Positions 43,559 through 55,964 of a stretch of DNA of 64,000 nucleotides are shown here, in pieces (within the stretch, counting starts at the first letter, position 1; each line of letters starts with the position of its first letter). A program made the position numbers and the translations under genes. Under the pieces are notes generated by a model. It was not told the DNA's origin. It did no database searches and saw only the letters and a program-made list of their open reading frames with translations. Source of the stretch: Candidatus Methanomethylophilaceae archaeon (GTDB lineage: Archaea > Thermoplasmatota > Thermoplasmata > Methanomassiliicoccales > Methanomethylophilaceae); the NCBI GenBank assembly GCA_944320495.1, contig CALUHR010000008.1, positions 42,249 through 106,248 on the forward strand, written 5' to 3'.

Positions 43559-45625
43559 ATGATGGGAATGTTCTGCCCCAGATGTCATGCCCTCGTGTCC
43601 CCGACGGATGCGAGATGCCGCTCCTGCGGCGCACCCCTGGACAGCCTGGTGGAGAGCAACCAGTCGGTCCTGGACGGCGTCGCCGAGAGGCCGAGGAGGG
43701 CGGAACCCGAGGTCACCGAGGTGAAGGGCGCCCCGTACATGCCATACGAGCCGCGCGGATGCCAGATGGACATCATCACGGACATGGTTAAGGCCCTTGA
43801 CTCCGGGAGGCACTTCGTCATGGAGTCGGGCACCGGCACCGGCAAGACCATCGTGTCGCTGGCCGCATGCCTCGACCACGCCTCCCGCACGGGAAAGACC
43901 ATCGTCTACCTCACCAGGACCATCTCTCAGAGCGACCAGGTGATGAGGGAGCTCCGCGCCATCTCCAGGATCAGGCCCGTATCGGGCATCACGATCACCG
44001 GCAGGGGGAAGTCCTGCCCGCTCTTCAGGGGCCTGAAGGACTTCGACTCCATTCCGTCGAACGTCCTCTCGATGATGTGCAACGACGCCCGCGAGAAGAG
44101 CCGCCACGGGAAGGCGGGGGGATGCAGGTACTTCGACCGCGTGGAGATGTCCCTGCCGCAGATCGAGTCATACGTCAGGACGAGGTTCCCCACCTCCGAC
44201 GAGCTGGACGAGTACTGCATCAGGATGCAGGTCTGCCCCTACGAGGCCAAGAAGGCGCTCATGAAGGGTTCTGAGGTGGTGGCCGCACCTTACGTCCACA
44301 TCCTCGACCCGGACATCAGGGACAGCCTCATGACCAACCTAGACAGGCCCGGGGACCCGAGATCCCTGCTCATCATCGTGGACGAGGCCCACAACCTCGT
44401 CGACGCGGCGAGGGAGAGCGAGACGTTCAGGATCGACCGCGCCCTCGTAGACGCCGCCGTGGACGAATGCTCCACGTTCTCCCACCAGCCGGAGGTCGGG
44501 GACAGGATACTCCTCTCCGAGTTCCTCGGGACCCTGAAGAGGGCCATTCGCGCCGCCGCGATCGAGCTCATCCCCATGGGAAAGGACACCGTCGCCATCC
44601 GGGACGACCGCATCGAGAGGACCATCATGGACAAGTTCGGACTGTCCCCGTCCGAGCTCCAGGTGGCCATCGAGGACGCCATAGACCTCGGCGAGGCCAG
44701 GACCGACAAGCTCCTCGACAGCGGGGAGAACCGCGTCTCCGACATACAGGAGGTCGCGGTGGCCCTGAAGTCATGGTGCGGAGCGGACTCCAAGCGCTTC
44801 GTCCGCACCATCCACGCCGACCGCGAGGGGGAGTTCCTCCGCGCGTACTGCATCGATCCCAAAGAGATCTCGATGTTCCTCAACTCCACATCGGGGACCG
44901 TCCACATGTCTGGGACGCTGCATCCCATGGACCAGTACGCGAGGGTCATCGGACTCTCGAGCAACTGCACGTTCCGCAGGTACCCATCCCCTTTCCCGCC
45001 GGAGAACCGCCTGGTGGTCTACACGCCCCATCTCACCACCAGATGGCAGGACCTCAAGGCCAATCCGGACATGAGGGCGAGGCTGGAGAGGACCATAGCG
45101 GACCTGTGCAACTCCGTCGACAAGAACACGCTCGTGTTCTTCACATCCTATGCCAGCATGCAGTCCATGCGCGGATACCTGGAGGAGCACATCCACAAAC
45201 GCCTCTACTGGGAGCAGTCTAGGAACAACCGCGCCAACGCCTCCGCGCTGTCGTCCTTCAGGGCGAGACGCGACGGGGTGCTCTTCTGCGTCATGGGCGG
45301 CAAGTTCGCCGAGGGCATAGACTTCCCCGGCGAGGAGCTGTGCTTCGCCGTGATCGTCGGCATCCCCTATCCCCCGCCGTCACCCGACCTGGACGCCATG
45401 TCGGACATGTTCGAGTCGCGCTACGGACAGGGCAAGGGTTTCGCCTACACGTCGTCCATCCCCGCCCAGAGGAAGCTCAAGCAGGCCATCGGGCGCCTCA
45501 TCAGGACGGAGACCGACCGCGGGATGGCCGTCATCCTCGACAGCCGCGCGTCCAGGTTCGCCAAGGACCTCGATGCGAGACCGTCGGACGACCCGGTGGG
45601 CGAGGCCGCCAGGTTCTTCCGCCGA
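43559..45625 (+). CDS. XPD/Rad3/DinG-type DEAD/DEAH helicase with N-terminal zinc ribbon
   Basis: ESGTGTGKT, Fe-S cysteines, VDEAHN, SGTLHP, EGIDF, QAIGRLIR; ends ARFFR-CGA. Standard TAA 45637. Confidence 0.92.
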
Positions 45626-45758
45626 GAGCGTGTCTAATGATAGCAACGTAACAGAACCATTCGTTCGGTGAAACGGATGATGCATGTACGTATGACATGT
45701 CACAATCGATCATAGTGATTAAGCAACGCGTATATAGGGGTCCGCGATTCGTCGGCGC

Positions 45759-46715
45759 ATGGCATTGCTTGAGACCCTCGAGGACATCAAGGTCTGGATA
45801 GTCGCGGCCATAGTGCTCGCCCTTCTGATAGGGTTCGACAGCCCCGATGCGTCCACCATCATGATGGTGGCCCTCATCGCCCAGATGGCCGTCGCGCTCG
45901 ACGGGATCCAGTTCAGCAGGAGCGACTTCGGCACCTACAGGAAGCCGATCGTCGTCAACATCGTCTGCTGCTTCGGCATCTGCACGGGCTTCACACTCCT
46001 GACCGGTCTGCTGTTCATCGACGACACTGCCCTCTGGACGGGCTGGGTGATGCTCTCGGCCGTACCCTGCGCCATATCCGTGGTCCCGTCCGCCCTCTAT
46101 CTAAGGGCGGACCCCAAGCTCGCGGTGCTCTCCCTCACCGTGATCTATGTTGTGGCCCTGGCGGTCACCCCGCTCCTGACCCATGTGCTGATCGGCGACT
46201 CCGTCAGCCCGCTCGAGGTGCTCAGATACATCCTGATGTTCATCCTCATCCCGTTCATCCTCACGATCCCGCTGAAGCGGCTCCATCTGAAGAGGGTGCC
46301 CAAGACGCTCTTCATCAACCTGATGATGTTCGTCCTGGTGTTCGTGGGACTCGGATCCAGGCAGGAGTTCGTTTTCGGCGAACCGATGGTGGTCCTGGCA
46401 CTCGTGATCGCCTGCATGTTCAGGATCTTCCTCGTCTCGACCGTGATCGTCCTCGCGATGAGGAGAATGGGCTGCAACAGGGACAACGGTCTGAACTACG
46501 TCACTTTCTGCTACTGGAAGAACTCCGGGATGAGCGCATCCCTCACGATGGGGCTCTTCGCCGCCACCATGCCGGAGGCCGTGCTCCCCTGCGTGATATC
46601 CCTCATCGTCGAGGCCGTGTGGTTCGCCATCCTGACGAAGTACATCGACAGGATGTGGCCACCTAAGATGTCGACGGACGATATGCTCACTGCAGAGGCG
46701 AACCTGACGTCTTGA
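45759..46715 (+). CDS. Multi-pass transporter, bile acid:sodium symporter-like
   Basis: About 9-10 TM segments, AVPCAISVVP, WKNSGM. Confidence 0.65.
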   Translation: MALLETLEDIKVWIVAAIVLALLIGFDSPDASTIMMVALIAQMAVALDGIQFSRSDFGTYRKPIVVNIVCCFGICTGFTLLTGLLFIDDTALWTGWVMLSAVPCAISVVPSALYLRADPKLAVLSLTVIYVVALAVTPLLTHVLIGDSVSPLEVLRYILMFILIPFILTIPLKRLHLKRVPKTLFINLMMFVLVFVGLGSRQEFVFGEPMVVLALVIACMFRIFLVSTVIVLAMRRMGCNRDNGLNYVTFCYWKNSGMSASLTMGLFAATMPEAVLPCVISLIVEAVWFAILTKYIDRMWPPKMSTDDMLTAEANLTS

Positions 46716-46799
46716 TCGCATATGACCGTCACGAGTCTCGCTCAGAGATGAGAGATGAGAGGAGTAACCGCTCAAATATCCAGACCTCACTTTCCGAAC

Positions 46800-47147
46800 A
46801 TGGACTGCAAGACCATCGCCGTGGCCGTGGTTTCGATACTGATTGGAATCGGCATAGGTTATGTGGCATTCCATGAGAACGAGAACGTAGTCGAGTATTC
46901 CTACGGCACCGATAACAACTGGGGTGACATGGTGAGTTATGAGGTCTTCCATGATTCCGCCAAACCAGTGTGGGTAACGGCAGAGGTCGGTGGACAGAAA
47001 GTCATACTCAAAGATGGCGACAGGATTCTCGCCTCCCCAGGCGATAGCTTCTCGCTCACCTTCTCGAATCCGACAGATTACGGAATCGATGAGCTGAGGG
47101 ATCACATCACACTGTACTTTGACGGAATCGAAGGGAAGAGGTTATGA
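46800..47147 (+). CDS. Small secreted or membrane-anchored hypothetical protein
   Basis: N-terminal hydrophobic helix; lower GC3 than neighbours. Confidence 0.5.
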   Translation: MDCKTIAVAVVSILIGIGIGYVAFHENENVVEYSYGTDNNWGDMVSYEVFHDSAKPVWVTAEVGGQKVILKDGDRILASPGDSFSLTFSNPTDYGIDELRDHITLYFDGIEGKRL

Positions 47148-47709
47148 TTTCATTCCCGCAATTGCTTCCGCCATATACACAGTACCTTGCCGACATGGTT
47201 CTCTCCATAGACCCCATCTGGAATTGTACGGTATCCTGAGGCCACACACCAATGTCGAACCTGTCTTCAAGATCGGGGACAACGTGATCGTCGACAAGCC
47301 CCCAGAGGGCTCCGAGGAGAGGTGGTTCGATGATACGCCGACATACCAACCATTCATCGGGTACATCACGACGTGCTCTTCCTGTCCCATCGTGATACGA
47401 TCGCCGACTGGCGACCGCGATTCCCATCATAGGCAGATCGGAAATCGTATGGTTCTGGTCAAAAACGTGGATTTGCTCGTATCCAAGAGTGACTCTTCCC
47501 CATACCAGAGAAATCTCTGAAGAGACAATCGCCTCGGAACTCAGGAGCATGCGGGAGAGGGAGAGAAGCTGGGTTCGACACACAGCCCGTTACGTCAGAT
47601 GCGGAAGCGGAAAGAACATCGACCTTTGACATGAACAAAGATGCCTGTTCACACCGACACGCGACCTGAACCTTCCCCTTAAATACGGCATGAATCTACA
47701 CCGAATGAG

Positions 47710-47793
47710 GCGGAGGTAGCCGAGCGGCCCAAGGCGCTGGTCTTGAAAACCAGTGGAGGATTCTCCTCGGGGGTTCAAATCCCTCCCTCCGCG
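47710..47793 (+). tRNA. tRNA-Ser (anticodon UGA)
   Basis: Acceptor GCGGAGG/CCTCCGC, anticodon arm CTGGT-CTTGAAA-ACCAG, long variable arm, GGTTCAAATCC T-loop; no encoded CCA. Confidence 0.95.
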
Positions 47794-48024
47794 CTTTTTG
47801 ATCAATCTGAGCGTATCGGGTGACCTGTAGGTACACTCCGCATTGTCAAAGAAAATGTCAGGCCCAGAGATGTCTCCCGATCGATGAATCGCGGATCGCC
47901 TCACTCATCCCTCGGGTGAGTGGTCCGCATACCGATCGCCGCAGAAGCGATTGAGTGCACAGAGCCTGTTCCCGGGTAGTCTACGCTGAATCTGTTATCG
48001 TCGGACGGATACGTCGGATTGCGG

Positions 48025-51000
48025 TCGAACCTCCGGCAGCCAGTCCCCGCCGAGCCTCACGTCCTCGACCCTGCCGTTGAGATTCCTGTAGGTGAGCGTC
48101 ACCCCCATGCCCCCGTCCACGGTCACCGTGGTCAGGACACCGGCGCGGTTGGACATCGGGTCCCTCTCGCGCATGAGGACGGCCAGGGAGGACCATCTTC
48201 CCGACATCGCCCTGTCGCGGATCCCCGCGAGCCGCGACGGGTCCATCTTCGATACCGCGGCGATGTTCGTCTCGAACACCATCGAGACCCTCCCTCCGCG
48301 GGTGTCGAGGTCGAAGCAACAGTACGGGCCGTCCTCCTCCCAGGTCCCGTCCACAGGCTCGAACATCCCGCGGAAACGCTCCGCACCCTCTGGGTCCGTC
48401 AGGATGCAGTCGATGGTCCTGAGCTTGCCGTCGCTCGCCGGGTCGTCACCGGCCTGGAGGACCGCGTCCGCTCCGGGGTCGATCCAATGGAACTCGAAGC
48501 GGTCGAGATCGTATCCCGCCTCGATCTCCGAGGCGAGGGTCTCGAACTCGTAGTCGCCGGGCACCAGCTCCAGCCCCCTGCGGACCGCGTCCATCGCCGC
48601 AACCCTGTCGCCGAAGTGGGCGCGCAGCTTGGCGACCTGCAGCCACACCCATGGATAGCACGGCTCCTCGACGGCCCCCCTCTCGGCGTATACCAGCGCC
48701 TCCTCGAGGCGACCGCAGTACATCAGGGCGCAGGAGTAGCGGTAGAACCATGTCCCGCAACCCGATGCCGCGGATTCCGACGAGGGCATCCACCGTGCAG
48801 CGCGCCAGTAGTGGACGTAGTCCCCGATGTTCAGGCAGGCGTAGGAGAACCAAAGCGCCACGTCCAGGTCCCTCTCGACTTGTCTCGAGCTGAACCTCCC
48901 CGACCTTATCCCGTCGTTGAGGGTTTCTACCAGGTCACCGAGCATCGCGTGATACCGCCCGTCGATCTCCCCCTCATAGGAGGAGAGGCGCTCGACGTCC
49001 TCCTGCGACAGGATGGGCTCCGCGGGATCCTCGGGAACGGTGCGGTCCATGACCCTGACCGAAGGGCAGTCCCTGCGGAAGCTGTGGAAGCTGGCCCATG
49101 CCAGGTCAGTCCCCTCGAAGAAGCGGGATGCGGCGGAGAGCGTGCGCTCCAGGTCCCAGGCCATGAGGTCGATGTATCCGTACCGGGTCCCGGTTGCTCC
49201 TCCGATGATGCGTACGGAGTCCTCGCCCGCCTCGGCGACGATGGCTTCGGATGCCGCGTCGCGGAAGCGGAGGATGTCCCCGGAGCGGTCTTCCCCGGCG
49301 AAGCCGTCGAGCGGGAATATCAGGAACCCCGCCACGGCGCCGTCGGCGTGGAGCATGTCCGCCGAGGCGTCCTCGCAGGAGATGTAGCTCCCCACGAGCT
49401 TGGCGCAGGAGGTGACGCCGACGACCACGTCGGCCCTCCAGTCCGCCTCTGGATCCTCCACGGGGTCGGACCTGTAGACCCTGCTGACGTTCAGGTACGA
49501 GTCGGCGTCGATCTCCATGTTGAAGCCCATGTCGATGAGACGGTCCCTGAGCTCCGACAGGCGGACGGTGTCCCCCTCCGGGGCCTTGCCGACCACGTCG
49601 ATGCCGTCCAGGACCGACATGGCGGGGACCTCGCCGATGACCCTCTCCATCAGGTTGGCTACCATCCATCCCACATCGTCGGGTTCGGTGGAATATAGGC
49701 TGTCCAGCTTCCCGCAGTGCATCGTGAGCCTGACGAAGTCGCCGCTCCTCTCGATGGATACGTCCACGTCCTCAGGCGCTATCCTCACGCCGTCATGCTC
49801 GATCTCCATGCCGATGCCGGGAGGCCGGCCGGCGGTCACTCCCCATCTCCTCAGCACGTCCTCGGGCGCGCGCCTGATGAACTCGGAGATCTCGAACAGC
49901 CTCACCCTGTCCGCCTCCGGGGTCAGGATGAGATGGAACCTCTCGCCGTCATGACCGATCTCGAAGGCGACATCCCCGAACGTGATATCCAGTATCCCAT
50001 CGACCAGACCGATCAGTTCGCCCTCGACGACGGCACGGTCGGGATGGGCCAGGAGCCTCTCGATCTCGTCCATCTCCTCGGCGAACCTCCTCCATGTGAG
50101 CTCAGCGCGCTCGCGGAAGCATCTGTGGAAGCGGGGGTGCGCCAAACCGTTCAGACAGGATCCCAGCATCTCCCCCGCATCCGGATCGGTCTCGGCTGCC
50201 TTGGCGAAGTACGGAATCGCCTCCGGCTCCCTGTCCATCATGTAGTACGAGTATCCCATGCGGTAGTTCCAGAGCGGATCGTCCGACTTGGCTTCCCGGA
50301 TGGATTCGAGGATGGCTATGGCCTTGCGGAAGGGCTCAGGATCGTCCGGTCCGCCGATGTTGTTGTACGCCCTGGCGAGGATCCCGTACAGGTCGGGGGT
50401 CCTCTCGGACTCGGGCAGAGCCTCGATCGCCTCTATGATCCTCTTGTGGAGGCCCTCGACGTGCCAGCTCTCCAGCTGCTCCATCAGCGGGGATTGGTCT
50501 GCACCGGGGGAGGCGTCGCCGCCCGATGCCGCATCCCATGCGGGATCGTCCATCACCTCCTCGACGGAGATGTCCATGCGGTAGAACGAGAGCATGTCGG
50601 AGAACGTCTCCCTGATGGAATCGACATCGGACCCCGTCATCCGGTAGCCCAGCTCGTCCTGGAGCTTCAGCACGCTTCCGGCCCTGGACCTCAGCTGGTC
50701 GATCATCTCCTGGCGGGACCAACCGCCCGTCGGTATCCAGAAGCTGAGGCCCCTGAAGATGTGCTGCGTACGCCTGAGGAAGTCCTCCGGGACCGATCCC
50801 CCGTCGGCCATCGCCCTGCAGAAGACGTATTCTTTCGGGAAAGGGCGCTCGTCTTGGAACGGCCAGAGGTCGGCCTCGGGCACCTCGGCGGACGCCTCTT
50901 TCTGGATGCCGTCCTCGGTGACGGGCTCATCGAGACGGACGATCCTCCTTATCAGGAACCTTCCGGGGATCTCACCGTCCGGGCCGGTCTTTATCGGATT

Positions 51001-51726
51001 GAAATGAGGCGAGCATGGCAGGTATCCGAGCACGGGGCCGTATCCCGTGAGGATGTTCCCGCCGAGGTCCCCGCCCCTGAACAGAGGGGTCTCTGAGCGT
51101 ACCAGTTCGACCTCGAACGGGTCGTATGCGATGGTCAGACCGAACTGGTTCGCCTCTTCGAACACGCAGGGGCCGTCGAATCCCTCCAGATGCCTGAGTC
51201 CGGAGCGGAAATCGAAGCGGTCGCCCCAGAGGAACAGAGTCTTGGAGCCTCCGCCGCAGAGATACTCCCATTCATCCGATGTCGGGAGATCGAATCCCTC
51301 CTCCAGGGAGCCGAGAGCATCCTCGGTCCTCCCCTCGAACGCATCGGGCATCATCTGCACGAGCATGGGCGGGACGACTGCTGTCCGAACGGAACCGATC
51401 ATCCTCCTCAGCACCTCGTCGGGATCCCCCTCGTACCCGTGCTCCCTCAGGACGCGTTCGATCTGGAAACGCGTCTCCCCGTCCAGATCCTTGAAGGAAC
51501 CTCCCCATTCGAGGGTCACGGTGTCCCCCGGCACGAATACGAAGTAACGGCCGTCCCTCTCGAACACTGCGGAATAGGTGTAGATGCCCCATCTCTCGAA
51601 CCTGCGGAAGCCGACGAGCGTCATGCCGTGGGATTCGCCTGCCGCACGGAGGATCCTCTGCCTCGAATCGATTGTGAGAAGGTCGTATTCGTTCCTGTAG
51701 AGCCGGCGGAGGTCCTCTTCGTCCAT
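48025..51726 (-). CDS. Large multidomain TPR-containing protein
   Basis: N-terminal LPTSDEWEY..LFLWGD block, TPRs (WNYRMGYSYY), C-terminal domain shared with 28568-30277; ends WLPEV-CGA. Standard end 47995. Confidence 0.75.
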
Positions 51727-51970
51727 GGGATCGACACGATATCCGTCTCTTATAATAAATACGTTTAGAGTTGTTACGTCCTTAACCGAATCCGCGACTG
51801 TGCGTTTGGAATTTCCGTCACCATCGCAGCCGATTCGGCCATTTCATTGACGATATCAACATCCGATCTCATTCGCGGATGACTTTTGGGATTCAAACTT
51901 CATCAAATTAAAGACTTAGAAGATTTTGCAGTTTGTAAGATTTATAATGGATGAAGACGATTGAGACCTC

Positions 51971-53038
51971 ATGTCCGACTTGGATTCCGCGCTCAAGATG
52001 CAGATCGACATGATCAGGGCACAGGCAGAGACCCAGAAGAACATGTACCGGCAGATGTACGGATCCGATCCGGCGATGGCCGAACAGTTCTGCGCCCAGA
52101 TCGATCAGAACACCGAGATGCAGATCAACATGATCATGCAGATGATGGGCGGGAACCAGGATCCCGGGGAGGCCCTGCTCGACCAGATGTCGCATGCGAG
52201 GGACGTCCTCGGACAGCTCGGCTACGGTGAGGGAGAGATATCCGCAGCCATGGGCGACGACGCAGGGGACACCCTCACCGAGAGGGTTCTGGGGGACCTC
52301 GACCCGTCTGAGTTCGGATACGGCGACATCGTGACGGCCATCGCATCCCTCGACGAGCTCGGGGAGATGACCCCCGCTCCGGCGGATGCCGACGGGATTC
52401 GCAGGTTCGAGATCCTCCTGACCGGCATAATCTCCACCCTCAACGACCATCTGCTGGACGGCCTGGACGTGGAGCCGAGGAACGCCGAGAGCACGGACCT
52501 GGTGAGATCCATCCTGTCGAACTACTGGGGAGTGGAGGGGAGGGAGAGTCTCATCGACACCCTGAGGTACCTGATCGTGTCCGGACACACCATGGACTAT
52601 GTGAGCGCACTGGAAGCCATATCGTCCGGCAAGGACGCCGCCGCGCTCCATACCGAGGACATGGACGAGGAGGACATCGCGGTCTCCGACGCCAGGTTCG
52701 CGTTCACGGAGGCGTACGCCGGCAAGGTGGATCCGGTAATGCTCCGCGGGTGGGATCTGGGCAGGGCCGCCAACGTCACCCGCTGGGGATACTTCATCGG
52801 CTTCATCACCGAGGAGGAGGCCTGGGGACTCCTGGACCAGATAGCGGACGGGTGCATGGAGGCCTTCGACTCCTGGAGGTCCTTCGCCCAGTCGTACATC
52901 TTCGGGAGCATGTACTGGAAGTGCCCGTACGGCCCGGACGCATGCTACGAGAACATCGCAGGCCTGATGTTCGCCGTGGAGCACCTGCTCACCGAGGGCG
53001 AATGGAAGGACTCCCCCTGGGCGAGCGGCAGGGCATGA
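51971..53038 (+). CDS. DUF1266-like domain protein
   Basis: YWGVEGRE, WDLGRAANVTRWGY, FDSWRSFAQSYIFG. Confidence 0.7.
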   Translation: MSDLDSALKMQIDMIRAQAETQKNMYRQMYGSDPAMAEQFCAQIDQNTEMQINMIMQMMGGNQDPGEALLDQMSHARDVLGQLGYGEGEISAAMGDDAGDTLTERVLGDLDPSEFGYGDIVTAIASLDELGEMTPAPADADGIRRFEILLTGIISTLNDHLLDGLDVEPRNAESTDLVRSILSNYWGVEGRESLIDTLRYLIVSGHTMDYVSALEAISSGKDAAALHTEDMDEEDIAVSDARFAFTEAYAGKVDPVMLRGWDLGRAANVTRWGYFIGFITEEEAWGLLDQIADGCMEAFDSWRSFAQSYIFGSMYWKCPYGPDACYENIAGLMFAVEHLLTEGEWKDSPWASGRA

Positions 53039-54486
53039 ACCTGGAGGAGCTCGAGGCGGCCTACGGGTACGGCGGGTCGCGCGAAGAGGTCATGAGGGTC
53101 GTCAGAAAGATAGACCCGTCAGAGACGGCGCCGCACGGAGTCACCGCCTTGCACATCGCCGCCCGCCAGGTCGACCCCGAGACGATGGAGGCCCTCCTGG
53201 ATAGGGGATTCCGTGCCGGCGCCACCGACGAGTACGGCAACACCCCGCTGCATATCCTCGCGGTGCAGAGATGGGACGGCCGCGTGTCGAAGATGGCCGA
53301 ATGCACTGACCTCCTGCTGACCCACCGCTGCCCTCCGTCGAGGAGGGACGATCGCGGGAGGTGCTTCTATCACATAGCAGCGCAGATGCACAACCTGCCG
53401 ATGATTTCCGTCATCGGCCAGAGAATGGTGCGCTGCGACGCCCTCCTCGAGGACTCGGGGATGAACGCCCTGCACGTGCTGTGCGATTCGGCATCGAGCT
53501 ACGACTACATCCGCGAGAGCAGACCCGAGGAGTTCGAGGAGAAGGACCGCATGTGCCGCCGCATGGCCGAATGGCTGGTCGGATGCGGCATCGATCCGGA
53601 GGCGGAGACCAGGATCGGCAGGAAGGCCATCGACTTCGCCGTCGGGAACAGGATCAAGCTGACCTCCTCTTTCCTCGCCGGGAACGACGATGCTGTCTCG
53701 GGAGGCATGGACCTCCACCAGGCCGTAACAGTGGACGATGCGGAAGCCATCTCGGCGATACTCTCGGCCGGAGCCGACCCCGATGCGCTCTGCGACAGAC
53801 CGGGCGACTATCTCGGGATGACCCCGCTGATGGTGGCCTGCCGGAGGATGGCCAGGGAATCGGCGGAATCGCTTATCCGTGGAGGAGCATCCGCGTCCTA
53901 TGCGGACGGCCGCGACGGCAGGACCGCCCTCTACCATCTCCTGAGGGCCCTCTCCTCGACGGTGGGGACGGGAAGCAACGCCAGGGACTCGGGCAGCTTC
54001 CTCTCCATGCTGAGGATGGTCGCGGAGGCCCAGGGCACGCCGGATCTCCCGGTGAGCGATGAGGAAGGTCCCGCGCTCTGCTTCCTGGCGGGGAACGACA
54101 GGCTGGGACACACCTCGGACGGGAGGTCCGTGAGGAGCATCGCCTTCGAGACCCTCGCTTCCATGGGCGCGGATGTCGATGCCAGGGACAGCCACGGCCG
54201 CACGCCTCTGATGCTCGCTTGCGGGATCCCGGGGCCGGAATCGGAGGGCATCGTGTCCACCCTGATGGAGCTCGGGGCGGATTGCGACGCCCGCGACGGG
54301 GACGGCACCACCGCCCTCATGAGGGCGGCATCCATCCCGGGGAACGCGGGCATCGACCTCATCAGGGCGATGCTGGACTTCTGCGTGCCCGACCCAGGAC
54401 TGAGGGATTCGAAGGGCAGGGACGCGCTGGAGATGGCATCGGACGCCGGCAACGCCGACGTCGTCCGCCTTCTCCTCTCCCTGCGA
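53035..54486 (+). CDS. Ankyrin repeat protein
   Basis: GVTALHIAA, GNTPLHIL, GMTPLMVA, GRTPLMLA; ends VRLLLSL-CGA, 21 nt before the convergent gene's end. Standard end 54636. Confidence 0.88.
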
Positions 54487-54507
54487 GGGGACGAAGCCCT
54501 CCCGCCT

Positions 54508-55500
54508 TCAGCCCTTGGCACCGGCCGTCAGGAGCATCTCGACGATCTCGGTGAAACCGGACTCCGAAGCGTAATGCATCGCGGTGCGTCCGTCGTTATC
54601 GGCGGCATCGGGGTCCGCCCCGCTCTCGAGCAGTAGCGAGACGAAGTCGTTGCGCCCGTTGCGGGCCGCGAGGATCAGCGGGGTGGATCCCGAGCCGTTC
54701 TTGGCATCCACATCCGCTCCGGCGCTTATGAGCGCCCTGCCGATGTACTGGTTGCCGGCTGATGCCGCAAGGTGCATCGGACGGTCGCCCGTGTTCAGGC
54801 TGGCCGATGCGTCAGCGCCCGCTCCGAGGAGAAGCTCCACGATGCTCAGGTTGCCGCGGTGGACTGCCAGGAAGAGGGCGCTCTCCCCGTCGTCGTTCAG
54901 GGCGTTGACATCCGCTCCCGACTCCAGCAGGACGCGGACGACCTCGCCCTGCGAGTTCCAGCATGCCTGGTGGAGGGGCGTGTTGCCCGACGAATCGGTG
55001 ACGGAGGGTGATCCGGAACCCGCGGCGAGCGTGGATACGAGCCCCTTCAGACCCTTGGACGTCGCGATATCCATGACGGTGTGCCCGTCGTTGTCCGCTA
55101 TGGACGGGTCCGCGCCGTTCTCCAGCAGGAGCTTGGCGGCGTCGACCTTGCCCTCGGAGGCCATCGCCATGAGCGGCGTCCTTCCCTGGCGGTCGGCGGC
55201 GTTGACGTCGGCGCCGGCATCCAGGAGCATGCGGATGACGTCCTTGTTCCCGCTCCTCGACACCATATGGAGCGGCGTGGTGCTGTCGTTGGAGCACGCG
55301 CATGCATCGGCACCGTTCTCGATCAGCATGGAGACCAGGTCGCGGGCGCCCTTCTGGCTGGCGTAGTGGATGGCTGTGAATCCGGAGGGGTCCCTCTTGT
55401 TCACGTCGATCCCGCCCTTGGCGAGCAGGGCCTGCGCCACACCCTTCTGTCCGTTCTTGCATGCGTTCAGGAACATGTTGTCCATCTGTGTCATCATCAT
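54508..55500 (-). CDS. Ankyrin repeat protein
   Basis: About 9 canonical repeats (GFTAIHYA, GRTPLM, GNTPLHQA); start is one of three tandem ATGs. Confidence 0.92.
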   Translation of the reverse strand: MMMTQMDNMFLNACKNGQKGVAQALLAKGGIDVNKRDPSGFTAIHYASQKGARDLVSMLIENGADACACSNDSTTPLHMVSRSGNKDVIRMLLDAGADVNAADRQGRTPLMAMASEGKVDAAKLLLENGADPSIADNDGHTVMDIATSKGLKGLVSTLAAGSGSPSVTDSSGNTPLHQACWNSQGEVVRVLLESGADVNALNDDGESALFLAVHRGNLSIVELLLGAGADASASLNTGDRPMHLAASAGNQYIGRALISAGADVDAKNGSGSTPLILAARNGRNDFVSLLLESGADPDAADNDGRTAMHYASESGFTEIVEMLLTAGAKG

Positions 55501-55955
55501 CCCTCCCTGTGGAACGTCATCAGACCGAATGCCTCCAGCGGTGCGGCGATGCGGCGGGCCTCGTCGGTCTCGCCGCAGTCCGTCAGGCAGAGGCAGTACA
55601 GCCATCTCGCCAGCAGACCGGCGTAAGTGGGATTGCATCCGGGCATGGCCGGATTCATGGGCACCGGAGACATCATACCGGAGATGAGCGCCTCCCCGAC
55701 GGGATCGAACGCCCTCTGCGGGACGCCCTCGGTCAGGCGGCGAAACGCCAGGCCGGAGAGCTCCATGGCCTCGTCACCGCGGCCTGCGGACCTCATGCAG
55801 AATGCCTTGTTGTAGATCGTGCAGGCGTCGTCGGTGGCATCCGCCCTCTGGAGGATCATCCACGCGCCGGGGAGGTCCCCTGCCGCCATCATCTGGTAGG
55901 CGGCGGAGCCGTCGATGGTTGCCTTCGTCTTCACATCGCTGTCGAGGAAACCCAT
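55497..55955 (-). CDS. Hypothetical helical (TPR-like) protein
   Basis: Own ATG at 55955 with GAGGTG RBS directly after the upstream CGA. Confidence 0.7.
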   Translation of the reverse strand: MGFLDSDVKTKATIDGSAAYQMMAAGDLPGAWMILQRADATDDACTIYNKAFCMRSAGRGDEAMELSGLAFRRLTEGVPQRAFDPVGEALISGMMSPVPMNPAMPGCNPTYAGLLARWLYCLCLTDCGETDEARRIAAPLEAFGLMTFHREG

Positions 55956-55964
55956 GCGAACACC

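Noticed and set aside
47119-47520. 133-aa ORF upstream of tRNA-Ser
   Set aside because: Two internal CGAs, weak start and no recognisable family; at best a remnant.
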